From: a virus
Lineage: Duplodnaviria; Caudoviricetes
Length of the DNA: 64,000 bases
Direction: 5' to 3' (one strand)
IMG/VR virus record: IMGVR_UViG_3300022915_000001
Span: 1-64,000 of that record
Each line of letters starts with the position of its first letter. Position 1 is the stretch's first letter. The notes under the pieces were generated by a model, which did no database searches, was not told where the DNA came from, and saw only the letters and a list, made by a program, of their open reading frames with translations. Made by a program: the position numbers and the translations under genes. This document shows positions 46,070 to 53,738 of this stretch, piece by piece.

Positions 46070-46157
46070 CGACCACCCCGCGAGCGATCACGTCCGCTTT
46101 CATCAGTTCCCGCAGCCACGCCGCTTTCTGAGAGTCGATCTCGTTGTAGTAAACCAA
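44112..46157 (-). CDS. DNA (cytosine-5) methyltransferase, alpha polypeptide (motifs I-VIII and X)
   Basis: HFFAGIG (I), TGSCPCGPFS (IV, catalytic PC), RHLW, FGEQV (VI), HLRQRLYW (VIII) and C-terminal LRGAGDAI (X-like). About 450 aa between VIII and X look like off-frame filler. TTG start. Confidence 0.85.
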   Translation of the reverse strand: MVYYNEIDSQKAAWLRELMKADVIARGVVDERPIQLVQPGDLDGYTQCHFFAGIGVWSYALRRAGFSDDFPCWTGSCPCGPFSAAGKREAENDPRHLWPDFFRLIEARRPVCVFGEQVSSIDGLGWLDLVRTDLDAADYTIGVLDTCAAGAGAPHLRQRLYWGAGLAYALRPTGERLPRGVFGPEAEERGAGIGDGDLADGPGSGFAVGGVADAERLGGIGRGQGAQGGRPGSLERFEGFCHARRVADADDRGPQAGRPLGRGAGGDRRDEDDRPAAAELCPACGVAHADAAGGRDQREAADRAARGGDGFGRGGDAGGVADAAGSRRQQIAADGGRDGEGSPEGRQVLVAGGDGAPDGVALSAVQGLEERGDGGRAARPQLAPVVGGGDVGGMGDSDPRGRRELGGADRPGRFGYADFPDEAGGMVDAAEAGPLPGAHTGIRGGEGQRGPRDDEPERRGDADGLGDPEYAEWGQDQRERRGYRQESGWLEGADWAGEPGQTRWLGDPDDAGLDQRGQRDVHPLRPGVGAPRRLDADRPDAPDGVADAPLAAGARFERERVDVPGPRSAVDGVADADGGDAVAEGLQRRREQRLVARDAGGVPVAGPVNGFWAGADWVLTRPQRVGDGPSLRPTAPSLFPLAPRLAYRVLGLRGAGDAINAEQAAWFLRAWIEEDEEGARR
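44400..45670 (-). repeat. Tandem array of 12 variable modules (84-135 nt) joined by a conserved ~21-nt junction
   Basis: Plus-strand GGCGTCGGCCACCCCGCCAGC-like junctions near 44410, 44515, 44634, 44754, 44871, 44967, 45069, 45190, 45291, 45411, 45517 and 45651. Confidence 0.85.
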
Positions 46158-46275
46158 GTCCCTTCACCAGCTTCCTTTGCTGCTCCATCGCCTCGCGGAA
46201 TATCTCCCGCGCCACCTCTTCCGCCGCCCGTTTGAACCGCTCCTGGCGCTCGGTCAACTCAACTGCCTTCTTCAC
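46066..46275 (-). CDS. Small helical protein overlapping the alpha start and ATGA-coupled to the beta start
   Basis: MKKAVELTERQERFKRAAEEVAREIF...; RBS AAGGGGA; its TGA (46066-46068) overlaps the beta ATG (46067-46069). Confidence 0.55.
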   Translation of the reverse strand: MKKAVELTERQERFKRAAEEVAREIFREAMEQQRKLVKGLGLLQRDRLSESGVAAGTDESGRDRSRGGR

Positions 46276-46717
46276 CTGTTTCCCCTTGTTTCACAGACGT
46301 TCCACGCTCTTTCGCTTCCTGTTCCACGGAGGGTTCCACGGGAACCCACTCGCCCCCGTAGGACGACTGCCACGCCTCCTCGTCCGTCAGGCTCAGGCGC
46401 CTGCGCTCCGCGGCGGTCAAGCGCCGCAAATGCCGCTCATGATCCGTCGCCGCGCGAGGCAACTGCGAGATCTCGGCCTTCCAGTACGTCCCCGGCAACG
46501 CCTCCCGCCACCGAATCAGCCACTTGTTCTTCCACGCCGCGCAAATGTGCTCCTCGCACGCCCGCCGCGCCAAAGCCGCCGTCTTGAAGTACCTCCCGCC
46601 CGGGCCCGCCATCAGCCGGCCCCTCGGCGGCGGCCCGAATGCCCACACCACATACCCGAAATACCCCGCCCCGTCCTTCACCACTTCCAACTGCCCCAAG
46701 ATCCTCGGCTTCTTCAT
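46259..46717 (-). CDS. Hypothetical protein
   Basis: Start re-picked at MKKPRILGQLEVV (ATGA coupling). Confidence 0.5.
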   Translation of the reverse strand: MKKPRILGQLEVVKDGAGYFGYVVWAFGPPPRGRLMAGPGGRYFKTAALARRACEEHICAAWKNKWLIRWREALPGTYWKAEISQLPRAATDHERHLRRLTAAERRRLSLTDEEAWQSSYGGEWVPVEPSVEQEAKERGTSVKQGETGEEGS

Positions 46718-46941
46718 CGCGCCAGCACCCGTCTCACAATGCGGGACGCCTCCAGCCCGTTGTCCTGCTCCAGATACTCCCCGTCCTTGAGTTGCATCAT
46801 CCCCCGCAGAAGAGAAATCCTCTCCTCGGAGAAATCCCCGCCTACGAACTTCACCGTGCAGATACAACACACCGGCTTCTGCGCCACATACGCGAAAAGG
46901 TCCTTCTCCAGGTCCGTCCCGCAGATTCTGCACTGTTTCAC
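46714..46941 (-). CDS. Small zinc-finger protein
   Basis: CRIC...CCIC; RBS GAGGTGAA before GTG 46941. Confidence 0.55.
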   Translation of the reverse strand: MKQCRICGTDLEKDLFAYVAQKPVCCICTVKFVGGDFSEERISLLRGMMQLKDGEYLEQDNGLEASRIVRRVLAR

Positions 46942-46963
46942 TGCAACTTCACCTCTCCAGGAC

Positions 46964-46992
46964 ATGCTACCTGGTCTTTGCGCAAATCACAA
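46964..46992 (-). promoter_or_regulatory. sigma70-type promoter TTGTGA-N17-TAGCAT with TTTGCGCAAAG operator in the spacer; drives the MTase operon
   Basis: Read directly on the minus strand. Confidence 0.7.
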
Positions 46993-47229
46993 TGCCGTAG
47001 ATCCGCGTAAAGGGATGCCCAGAAACACGAACGCCCCGGCATATCTGATCTGCCAGGGCGAAACGTGCGTTAAATTTTCCTGCGGAACGTCGATTTACGC
47101 CCTGAGCGTATCACGAAGCAACCGTTTTCACCAAATAGAAAAAAACCGCTTGCACTGCAACCGCTTTCGGGAGCAAGATTGGAATCGTTAAATTGCTCTG
47201 CCAGTCCGCTGCTGATCGAGCGTCGATCT

Positions 47230-47811
47230 ATGCCCAAAAACAAGAAGCGCGTAGCCCGTCCAGACGCCTGGAAAACCTTCCTCCGCGACAATCCTGACCG
47301 CTTTCCCAACAACAACCGCCCCGGCCAGCCCAAACTCCCCGATCAGCGCCTCTCCAAGGCCGCCGAACACACGCTCCACCAGCAAATCCAGATTAAACCC
47401 TCTAAATCCCGCCGCCCACCTCGCCGCGGCTCCATGCCCCAAGGCAAAATCGAGGGCAAAAACTGGCGCCTCATCTTCTCGCGCGATGCCGGCCTTGACC
47501 GCCGCGCTCAATTCAACGTACCCTTCATCGAAGTCCCCCAACAAGGGAAATCCGCAGCAGTGACGCCAAAACCGGGAGAACCAGAAATCGAATCCGTCCA
47601 CCCCGGTCCAAGCCCTGCGCCTCATACGGACTCGTGCGGCATGTCGTGCCCGACTGCCGGCGCTTCACTCCAACTCGGGCATTCTGACCCGATCGTCTCC
47701 AGGTCCCTTCCCGCTACCGTCGTAGCAGACCGGGACCGGAGGGCTGCTCCAGGGATGCGGGGAGAAGGAATTTTCCCCGGCGAAAGCCTAAGCGAAAGCG
47801 GCAAGACGTAG
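47230..47811 (+). CDS. Possible basic, disordered protein
   Basis: K/R/P-rich ORF preceded by TTGCAC-N18-CAAGAT; no RBS or family motif. Confidence 0.3.
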   Translation: MPKNKKRVARPDAWKTFLRDNPDRFPNNNRPGQPKLPDQRLSKAAEHTLHQQIQIKPSKSRRPPRRGSMPQGKIEGKNWRLIFSRDAGLDRRAQFNVPFIEVPQQGKSAAVTPKPGEPEIESVHPGPSPAPHTDSCGMSCPTAGASLQLGHSDPIVSRSLPATVVADRDRRAAPGMRGEGIFPGESLSESGKT

Positions 47812-48374
47812 CGCCGCCCGAATCCTGTGACCTCGAGACGCCCTCAAAAGCGTCCCCGAACTCGGACCTCCAGAGAAATACACAGGATTGTCGTGTCAAC
47901 GGGGGGAACGGGGGGATTCCTTCAATAGTCCGTTTTTCCCCTCAAATGCGGATATCTTCTCCCTGGTAGAAAATCCACCCTACCACCCTAAAAAAGGGGA
48001 CCCGCGGCAAAATCGGGTACGGGGTATATAACAGTAAACAGATCTACTTGCACCGATCCGTAAGCTACCTCCCGCGGCAGGGACTGTCGCGGCTGCCCGC
48101 CCCTCAATCCCACTCCCAAAACGGGAAGTGCAGCCGTTCGCTGCAAGTTCGCAGCAGCCAGCAGCAGCACAGCCAGCAAGCGGCAATTGCCACTACCTAC
48201 TCACCCACGGCTTCTTTCACGGACTCCACTCATCAACGGACACACCCCTTGGTCGGTCGCGCGCGGGACCCGCGGACGCGCGGGGCAGGGGGGCAGCCTC
48301 GCGCGTGAGACGCCGGCGTCGTCTCGAGCCACGCACGAGACGAGACGTGGCGTAGACCAGGCCCACGCACGTAG

Positions 48375-49202
48375 CTACCCCTCGCCCACGTCCACGTCAA
48401 GGCCGGTGTCCTCGTCCCGAGGCGTACCCGACAATGCGAGTTGTAGGGTATCCTCACCTACCTCCAGGTCCAGGTCAGTCATCCCCAAGGCCGGTCCTGC
48501 CGGGGTTTCGACCTGAGCCGCTGACGGCGTCACGCGCCTTCGCGGATCGGTGATCCGGTGACGCGCCACTCCCGGCTCCGGTCCCGGCAACGGCTGGAGG
48601 CCCGACGCGAGGACCACCACCAGTGGGCCGTGGACGCTCCCGGCTCCGAACGAACCCTTGCCGGTCTGGGCCAACCACTCGCCGGTTTCGACCGCCGCCG
48701 CCCGTTCCAGCATTCGATCCTCGCAGAGCATGGCGCTATCTATCTCAGCGTCAACGACTTCCTCCCAGACGTGCAGTCCCATCCTCATCGAACGCCTACG
48801 CTTGACCAGGATGCCGGTATGGTCCCCCGGCACGGCGGGATCTGCTGCTGCTGCTCTCGCTTCGCGCACCTCTTCGAGCTTGTCTGCCCGAGCCTGGATG
48901 CGCCTGAGCCGATTCTCAGACTGAGTGATCGCTAATTGCCGAAACCTCGCATCTGATTCATTGGAAAGGGCTTGCTGGTTCCGCATCAGCCTAGCAGGAA
49001 CGCAGTTAGCCTTATGGCGATGGATAACCGAGTCGTCTATCTCGAATTCGCTCTGAAGGGAAGCGTAGGTGCGGTCACCGGCCACGAGCAGGGCGTCGAG
49101 GCGGTCGCGGTCTGGGTGGGAGCAAGCGCCGCAGCGGGGGCCGGGACGGCGGTCAGGCAGACCAAATTTCTCTCCAGACCAGGCGCTATCCTCATGGTTC
49201 AT
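48375..49202 (-). CDS. Putative terminase small subunit
   Basis: CGACSHPDRDRLDALLVAG...IHRHKANC (Zn/HTH-like), then a helical region and TGILVKR...EEVVD...ETGEW, a pattern recalled from phage TerS-like proteins. Confidence 0.5.
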   Translation of the reverse strand: MNHEDSAWSGEKFGLPDRRPGPRCGACSHPDRDRLDALLVAGDRTYASLQSEFEIDDSVIHRHKANCVPARLMRNQQALSNESDARFRQLAITQSENRLRRIQARADKLEEVREARAAAADPAVPGDHTGILVKRRRSMRMGLHVWEEVVDAEIDSAMLCEDRMLERAAAVETGEWLAQTGKGSFGAGSVHGPLVVVLASGLQPLPGPEPGVARHRITDPRRRVTPSAAQVETPAGPALGMTDLDLEVGEDTLQLALSGTPRDEDTGLDVDVGEG

Positions 49203-49330
49203 ATGGTACTTAAAAGAAACTTTCGTTTTTCTTGAAATTCAGTGTAACTTTCTTTCGGGAACTCGCATCTGTACATTCGACCGCCGAAATGGCGAGCCGA
49301 AAAAACCGAGTGGAAGGAACCGAAAGAAGC

Positions 49331-49777
49331 ATGAAACAAGTGAACCGCAAAGTCGAAGGGACCGCAACTGTGATCCGGTTGGGATCGTGGATGAGCGCGA
49401 CGGGGCCGCAGTGGGAAAGCCCGAGCGTGACGTTCGCCATCGCCGGGGAGGATCTGACGTGGAGGGCGAGTGACGAGCACGCCGTAAGGGATCTCATGGA
49501 GGGGGAGGAAGTCTGGATACGTGGCTTCGTCAACGCCGAGGGCCGCATCACACGGGTCAAGTTCTGGCGCGGTCAGCCGGTGGAGGACGGGCCGAGCGCC
49601 GAGCAGAAGGCGGCTCTGGCGAAGTTCGCGGCGGCGAACGGGAGGACGTGGAAGCAAGCTCTGGGGCATTGCTGGATGACGGGCATCTACAGCCGGTCTG
49701 ACGATGCCGGTTACTTGCAGCAGGTCAGGAACCAGTTCGGGCCGTCGTGGCTGATGCGGTACAAGCTCACCAGCTAG
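49331..49777 (+). CDS. Early-region hypothetical protein
   Basis: RBS GGAAGGA. C-terminal EQKAALAKFAAANGRTWK...LQQVRNQFGP recurs in mobile-element proteins. Confidence 0.6.
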   Translation: MKQVNRKVEGTATVIRLGSWMSATGPQWESPSVTFAIAGEDLTWRASDEHAVRDLMEGEEVWIRGFVNAEGRITRVKFWRGQPVEDGPSAEQKAALAKFAAANGRTWKQALGHCWMTGIYSRSDDAGYLQQVRNQFGPSWLMRYKLTS

Positions 49778-49857
49778 TGAAACCGGCGGTGATACGCCGG
49801 TAATCGGGGGATAGCCTCCCCGGTCATGAAGATCAGGCTAGGTGAAGGAAGAGAGCA

Positions 49858-50154
49858 ATGAAGTCGATAATACTGGGGCTGCTCCTTGCAGCGATGATGT
49901 ACGGCGAGGCGGTCCATTTCGGAGCGAACTCGAAGGTGTTTCACACGTCAACGACGTGCAGCGCCAAGGGCGGGAAGCACAAGCTCACGTCAGAGCGCAG
50001 CGTAGCCGAGGCCCACGGGATGCGGCTGTGCAAGCGGTGCGCCGGTCATGCGGCGGCTTGCACGACGGACGCCGACTGCGAGGCCAAGGCGAAGGCGAAG
50101 GCGGCGAAGACGGGCAACGGCAAGTGGGCGCAGGTAGCGCAGGAGGTGAAGTAG
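49858..50154 (+). CDS. Secreted small protein with His/Cys metal-binding motif
   Basis: Signal peptide MKSIILGLLLAAMMYG; FH...C...AEAHGMRLCKRC. Confidence 0.6.
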   Translation: MKSIILGLLLAAMMYGEAVHFGANSKVFHTSTTCSAKGGKHKLTSERSVAEAHGMRLCKRCAGHAAACTTDADCEAKAKAKAAKTGNGKWAQVAQEVK

Positions 50155-50156
50155 TC

Positions 50157-50603
50157 ATGGCGATGACAACGGAAGCGTGGCGCGAGGTGATGATCGCGAT
50201 GCCCCCGGCGCAGTTGGCGGCGGTGAAGGCGGCGATGGAGACGCTGAGGGCGTGGCCCGAGTTCAACCGGGAGTGGGGCTGGACGGGGATCAAGTCGCTG
50301 GAGGTGACGGCGGCTTACGCGATGGAGCACCAGCGCAACGGGGGCCGGGGCTGGATGGATCAGACGCCCGAGGAGCGGCGGCGGTACTACGACGGGGCCG
50401 AGTGGCGGTTCGTCGATCCGCTCCCGGCGGTCAACGTGGACCAGTTGCGTGAGCAATGGGAGGGGGAAGACCTGGAGTTGCTGAACGAGGCGACGAAGGG
50501 CTGTGAGGGGGAGATGACGTGCCGGGAGTTGGCGAGGCGGCTGAACAACGTGGGCGGCGTCATCACCGAGGCAGAGTTGGAGGCGATGACCGGGGCTAGG
50601 TAA
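50157..50603 (+). CDS. Early-region hypothetical protein
   Basis: RBS GGAGGTGA; MAMTTEAWREV... Confidence 0.55.
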   Translation: MAMTTEAWREVMIAMPPAQLAAVKAAMETLRAWPEFNREWGWTGIKSLEVTAAYAMEHQRNGGRGWMDQTPEERRRYYDGAEWRFVDPLPAVNVDQLREQWEGEDLELLNEATKGCEGEMTCRELARRLNNVGGVITEAELEAMTGAR

Positions 50604-50682
50604 GCATCGCGGAGGCGGCTCTGTCGCAGCAGAGCCGTTGCCACTGGGATGATTCCCGAATTCTTGATACGAGGTGAAAGAC

Positions 50683-51228
50683 ATGACTGGATTGTTAGGC
50701 GACGTGAAGCAGTGGGCGCTGGTGCTCGAAGGCGGGGACGGGGGCCGGGGCTTCCCGAGCCGAGTGTACCTGTACCCGAGCCGGGATGCGGCTGAGAAGG
50801 GGTTGCAGGACTACGTGCGGCGCAACGGCGGCTTCGAGGGGTTGGAGGACGACGAGGACAACTTCGACATGGACGACGCGATCCGCGAGTACTTCGACGA
50901 GGAGCGCGAGGACTACTCCATCGGCGTGGTGCTCGAACCGGAGCGCGTGGTGATCGAACCGGCACTGGCGGTCCCGCCGGTAACGTGGGGGCCTGAGAAC
51001 CCCGAGGTTGCGCGGCTGACCCGTGAGGCGCTGGAAGCTGGCCGCTGGTTCTGGCTGAAAGACGCCGTGGGCGAGGAGGCGACGATGAGCGCGTGCCAAC
51101 GGTACGCCTACAGCCGGTTGAACAACGAGCTACTGGCTCTGGGTGCGCCGGTCCCCTCAGGGGACGAGTTGTATGAGTGGGCGTTGGCGAAGTGGGGCAA
51201 GGACCGGCTGCATCCCAAGGGCCGGTAA
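50683..51228 (+). CDS. Acidic early-region hypothetical protein
   Basis: Starts right after leader copy 1. Confidence 0.6.
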   Translation: MTGLLGDVKQWALVLEGGDGGRGFPSRVYLYPSRDAAEKGLQDYVRRNGGFEGLEDDEDNFDMDDAIREYFDEEREDYSIGVVLEPERVVIEPALAVPPVTWGPENPEVARLTREALEAGRWFWLKDAVGEEATMSACQRYAYSRLNNELLALGAPVPSGDELYEWALAKWGKDRLHPKGR

Positions 51229-51295
51229 GTCTCGCGGCGGCGGCTCTGAGTGTGAACAGAGCCGCACACTGGGAAACTTCCCGAGGTGAAAGAAC

Positions 51296-51496
51296 ATGGC
51301 AAAAGCAAAGGCAATCCTTCCGAGCCTGGATCGCGTGATGGCGGCAGTGCGTTCGGACGAGTTCATGGCGTTCTGCGTGGCGTGCGGGGACGAGGCGTAT
51401 GGCCTGGAACCGGACACTCGCGCCGAGCCGTGCGAGGCGTGCGGCAAGAAGGCTGTTTTCGGAGCGCAGGAACTGCTGCTCAGGATGGTGGCGTGA
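51296..51496 (+). CDS. Zinc-ribbon protein
   Basis: FCVACG...EPD...CEACG...VFGA, a recurring phage family; follows leader copy 2. Confidence 0.65.
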   Translation: MAKAKAILPSLDRVMAAVRSDEFMAFCVACGDEAYGLEPDTRAEPCEACGKKAVFGAQELLLRMVA

Positions 51497-51771
51497 TGGC
51501 GGCGGCAACGACGGCAACGCAGATGATCGTGGCCGTGGGCCAGATCGTCCAGTGGAACGTGGGCGGCGTGGCGGTCCAGGTGATCGTGTGCGACGTGAAG
51601 ACGGCGTGGGGCAAGAACCGGCTGCTGATCGAGCCGAAAGCCGGTCACGGGCGCGTCTGGGTCGAACTGTCCAGCGTCTCGCTCCCGGCGGCGGCGGCGT
51701 TCCAGTGCGCGGTCTGCCGTGGCGGGATCGAAGTGAACGGCGCGTGCTGGGAATGCGGGGACGTGCGATGA
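51496..51771 (+). CDS. SH3-like plus zinc-ribbon small protein
   Basis: VCDVKTAWGKNRLLIEP...CAVC...CWEC. Confidence 0.55.
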   Translation: MAAATTATQMIVAVGQIVQWNVGGVAVQVIVCDVKTAWGKNRLLIEPKAGHGRVWVELSSVSLPAAAAFQCAVCRGGIEVNGACWECGDVR

Positions 51772-52085
51772 AGATCCTCGTGACCGGGAACACGTACCCT
51801 CATCGCGTGGCTCTCCGCGCAATGGGCGGCGAGTGGGATGCGGGGAGCAAGGGCTGGAGGTTCGACGAGGCTGACGCCGAGGCGGCTCGTGAGATCGTGG
51901 CCGGTCCCGCACCGGCCAAGCGCGTGACCGGCGGCGGTTCGCGTGGGCGGTTCGGGCGCAAGGGCGGCGGCGGCTCAGGCATGGGCGGGGAGATCATCTA
52001 CACGACGTTTTCCTCAGGGGAGACGGTGTACCGCAACGCCCGAGGGCGATGCGAGGACGCGCCCTGTTGCGGTTGTTGCTCCTGA
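51768..52085 (+). CDS. Small protein ending in RGRCEDAPCCGCCS
   Basis: N-terminal GNTYPHR..LRAMGGEWD...W domain, Gly linker, Cys-rich tail. Confidence 0.65.
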   Translation: MKILVTGNTYPHRVALRAMGGEWDAGSKGWRFDEADAEAAREIVAGPAPAKRVTGGGSRGRFGRKGGGGSGMGGEIIYTTFSSGETVYRNARGRCEDAPCCGCCS

Positions 52086-52165
52086 CTCAGAAAGCATCGC
52101 CGAGGCGGCTGTGACAGAGCCGCACTCTGGGATTCTTCCCGAAATTCAAACCGAGGTGAAACGAG

Positions 52166-52447
52166 ATGGGCATGACGATTGAGAAACGGGTCCAGGTGAC
52201 GCTGGACTACACCGCCGACGAGTGGGAGTTGTACTCTCACCGGCAAGGCGCGGCTGATGCGGCGTATGAGATCAACGTCGCGATTGAGACGGCGGTCAAC
52301 GCCGGTCTGACGCGCCGGGAAGTGGAGACGGCGCTCGATCCGGTGATGCACCGGCACGCCGATCTGGGCGCGTTGGACGGTGAGCCGCTCTCGAAGCTGG
52401 AGCGCATTCTGGACAAGATCTACGGCAAGGAGGCGCGGCGATGGTAG
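52166..52447 (+). CDS. Early-region hypothetical protein
   Basis: Follows leader copy 3. Confidence 0.6.
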   Translation: MGMTIEKRVQVTLDYTADEWELYSHRQGAADAAYEINVAIETAVNAGLTRREVETALDPVMHRHADLGALDGEPLSKLERILDKIYGKEARRW

Positions 52448-52926
52448 GGCTGACGCAGGACGAGACGATGGCGGCGGTTCTCGCCGTCCTGAACCGGCGC
52501 GGCGTGAAATCGACGCTCGAATACCCCGGCTATCTGCAAGTGGGCTTGCAGCAGTACGGCACGACGGGCGAGACGTGGAGCGGGGACGTGTACGAGAGCG
52601 AGAAGGCGTTCCTCGAAGGCGAAGCGCCGATAGAGTGCCTGACCTCCGATATCCCGGTCGAGAGCGCGGACGTGAAGCGCATCGCCGACTGGATTACGTG
52701 CAACCAGTTGCTGCCCAAGCCTGACCGGCAGCGCCAAGCGCGGCGCGAGGCGATGCAAGCCAAGTGGAACACGGCTATGAGCCTCCTGCTCGAATTGGCC
52801 GAGGACGACGACGCCTTCAACGACGCCGTGGACGAGGACCACGGCGGGAAGTACGAACTGGAGGAGTCCTTCGACGAGTGGGTCTTCGCGACGATGGTCA
52901 AGGTGCGGTTCGTCCCGGCGAAGTAG
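52441..52926 (+). CDS. Early-region hypothetical protein
   Basis: Acidic 161-aa ORF. Confidence 0.55.
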   Translation: MVGLTQDETMAAVLAVLNRRGVKSTLEYPGYLQVGLQQYGTTGETWSGDVYESEKAFLEGEAPIECLTSDIPVESADVKRIADWITCNQLLPKPDRQRQARREAMQAKWNTAMSLLLELAEDDDAFNDAVDEDHGGKYELEESFDEWVFATMVKVRFVPAK

Positions 52927-52987
52927 CGCGGCGGCGGCATTCTCGCGAGTGCCGTCCACTGGGAAACTTCCCGAGGTGAAAGAAAGC

Positions 52988-53533
52988 ATGACGAAGAAAG
53001 AAGCGATGACGATGGCGGCTGAACTGGCCGTGGCATTGGGCGCGAAACGGGGCAAGGGGTTCACCGGCCATCGCTGGCTGATGGTCCCCGGCTCCTGCCT
53101 GATTGCCTACGTGACCGGCGGCGATCACGGGCTGCGGTATGTGGTTCGCCACAACGACGGCGAGGACGTGTGCAGCGTGCGGCTGATGAAGGGCGACGGG
53201 CGCATGAAGACGTTTCAGGAGACGGTGATCGGCGAGTCGATCCGGTTTGACCGGCAGTCGATTGTCGAGGCCATCTGGGCGAAGGCGGGAGCGCAGCATG
53301 AACTGCGGACGCCTGACCGCTGGCCCTACCGGCCCATGACCGAGGCAGAGGCCAAGGTCAAGGCGGTCGAGACGGCGGCGCTCAACGAGGGCCGCGAGTT
53401 CCAGGCAGTGCCGGTCAGGTACGGGAGCGGCGAGACCGGCTGGGACGTTTCGCCGGTCGATCTGGACGAGCGCGTGGCGGCGGCACTCCGCGCCGAGCAC
53501 GAGCGCAGCCTGTCGAAGAGGTGGCCCGAATAG
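52988..53533 (+). CDS. Early-region hypothetical protein
   Basis: Follows leader copy 4. Confidence 0.6.
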   Translation: MTKKEAMTMAAELAVALGAKRGKGFTGHRWLMVPGSCLIAYVTGGDHGLRYVVRHNDGEDVCSVRLMKGDGRMKTFQETVIGESIRFDRQSIVEAIWAKAGAQHELRTPDRWPYRPMTEAEAKVKAVETAALNEGREFQAVPVRYGSGETGWDVSPVDLDERVAAALRAEHERSLSKRWPE

Positions 53534-53680
53534 GGCCGCTTCGAGCGCCGGTCACGCGCGGCTGACTCCTGGAGAATCAAGGCCGGCCGGCCTTGGCGGC
53601 CCAGACCAGGCCCACGGGAGAGCTGCGCCTGGTGCGCGAGCGCCGGCAATTTTCCCAAAAAAACAATGTAACCGGCACGA

Positions 53681-53716
53681 ATAAAGTTGCGTCGTTACAT
53701 TTGATCGTGACAGAAT
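53681..53716 (+). promoter_or_regulatory. Early promoter TTGCGT-N18-CAGAAT with A-rich upstream element
   Basis: Near-duplicate of the promoter at 57763-57799. Confidence 0.55.
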
Positions 53717-53738
53717 GAAAGACGAGGTGAAACAAGAC

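Noticed and set aside
44112-46157. MTase as a frameshifted pseudogene or assembly error
   Set aside because: Both frames are intact for about 2 kb with their own starts and stops, and they carry complementary motifs (IX in beta, X in alpha).
47188-47625. Minus-strand 145-aa ORF opposite 47230-47811
   Set aside because: G/F/V-rich text expected from a C/A-rich opposite strand; no RBS or motif.
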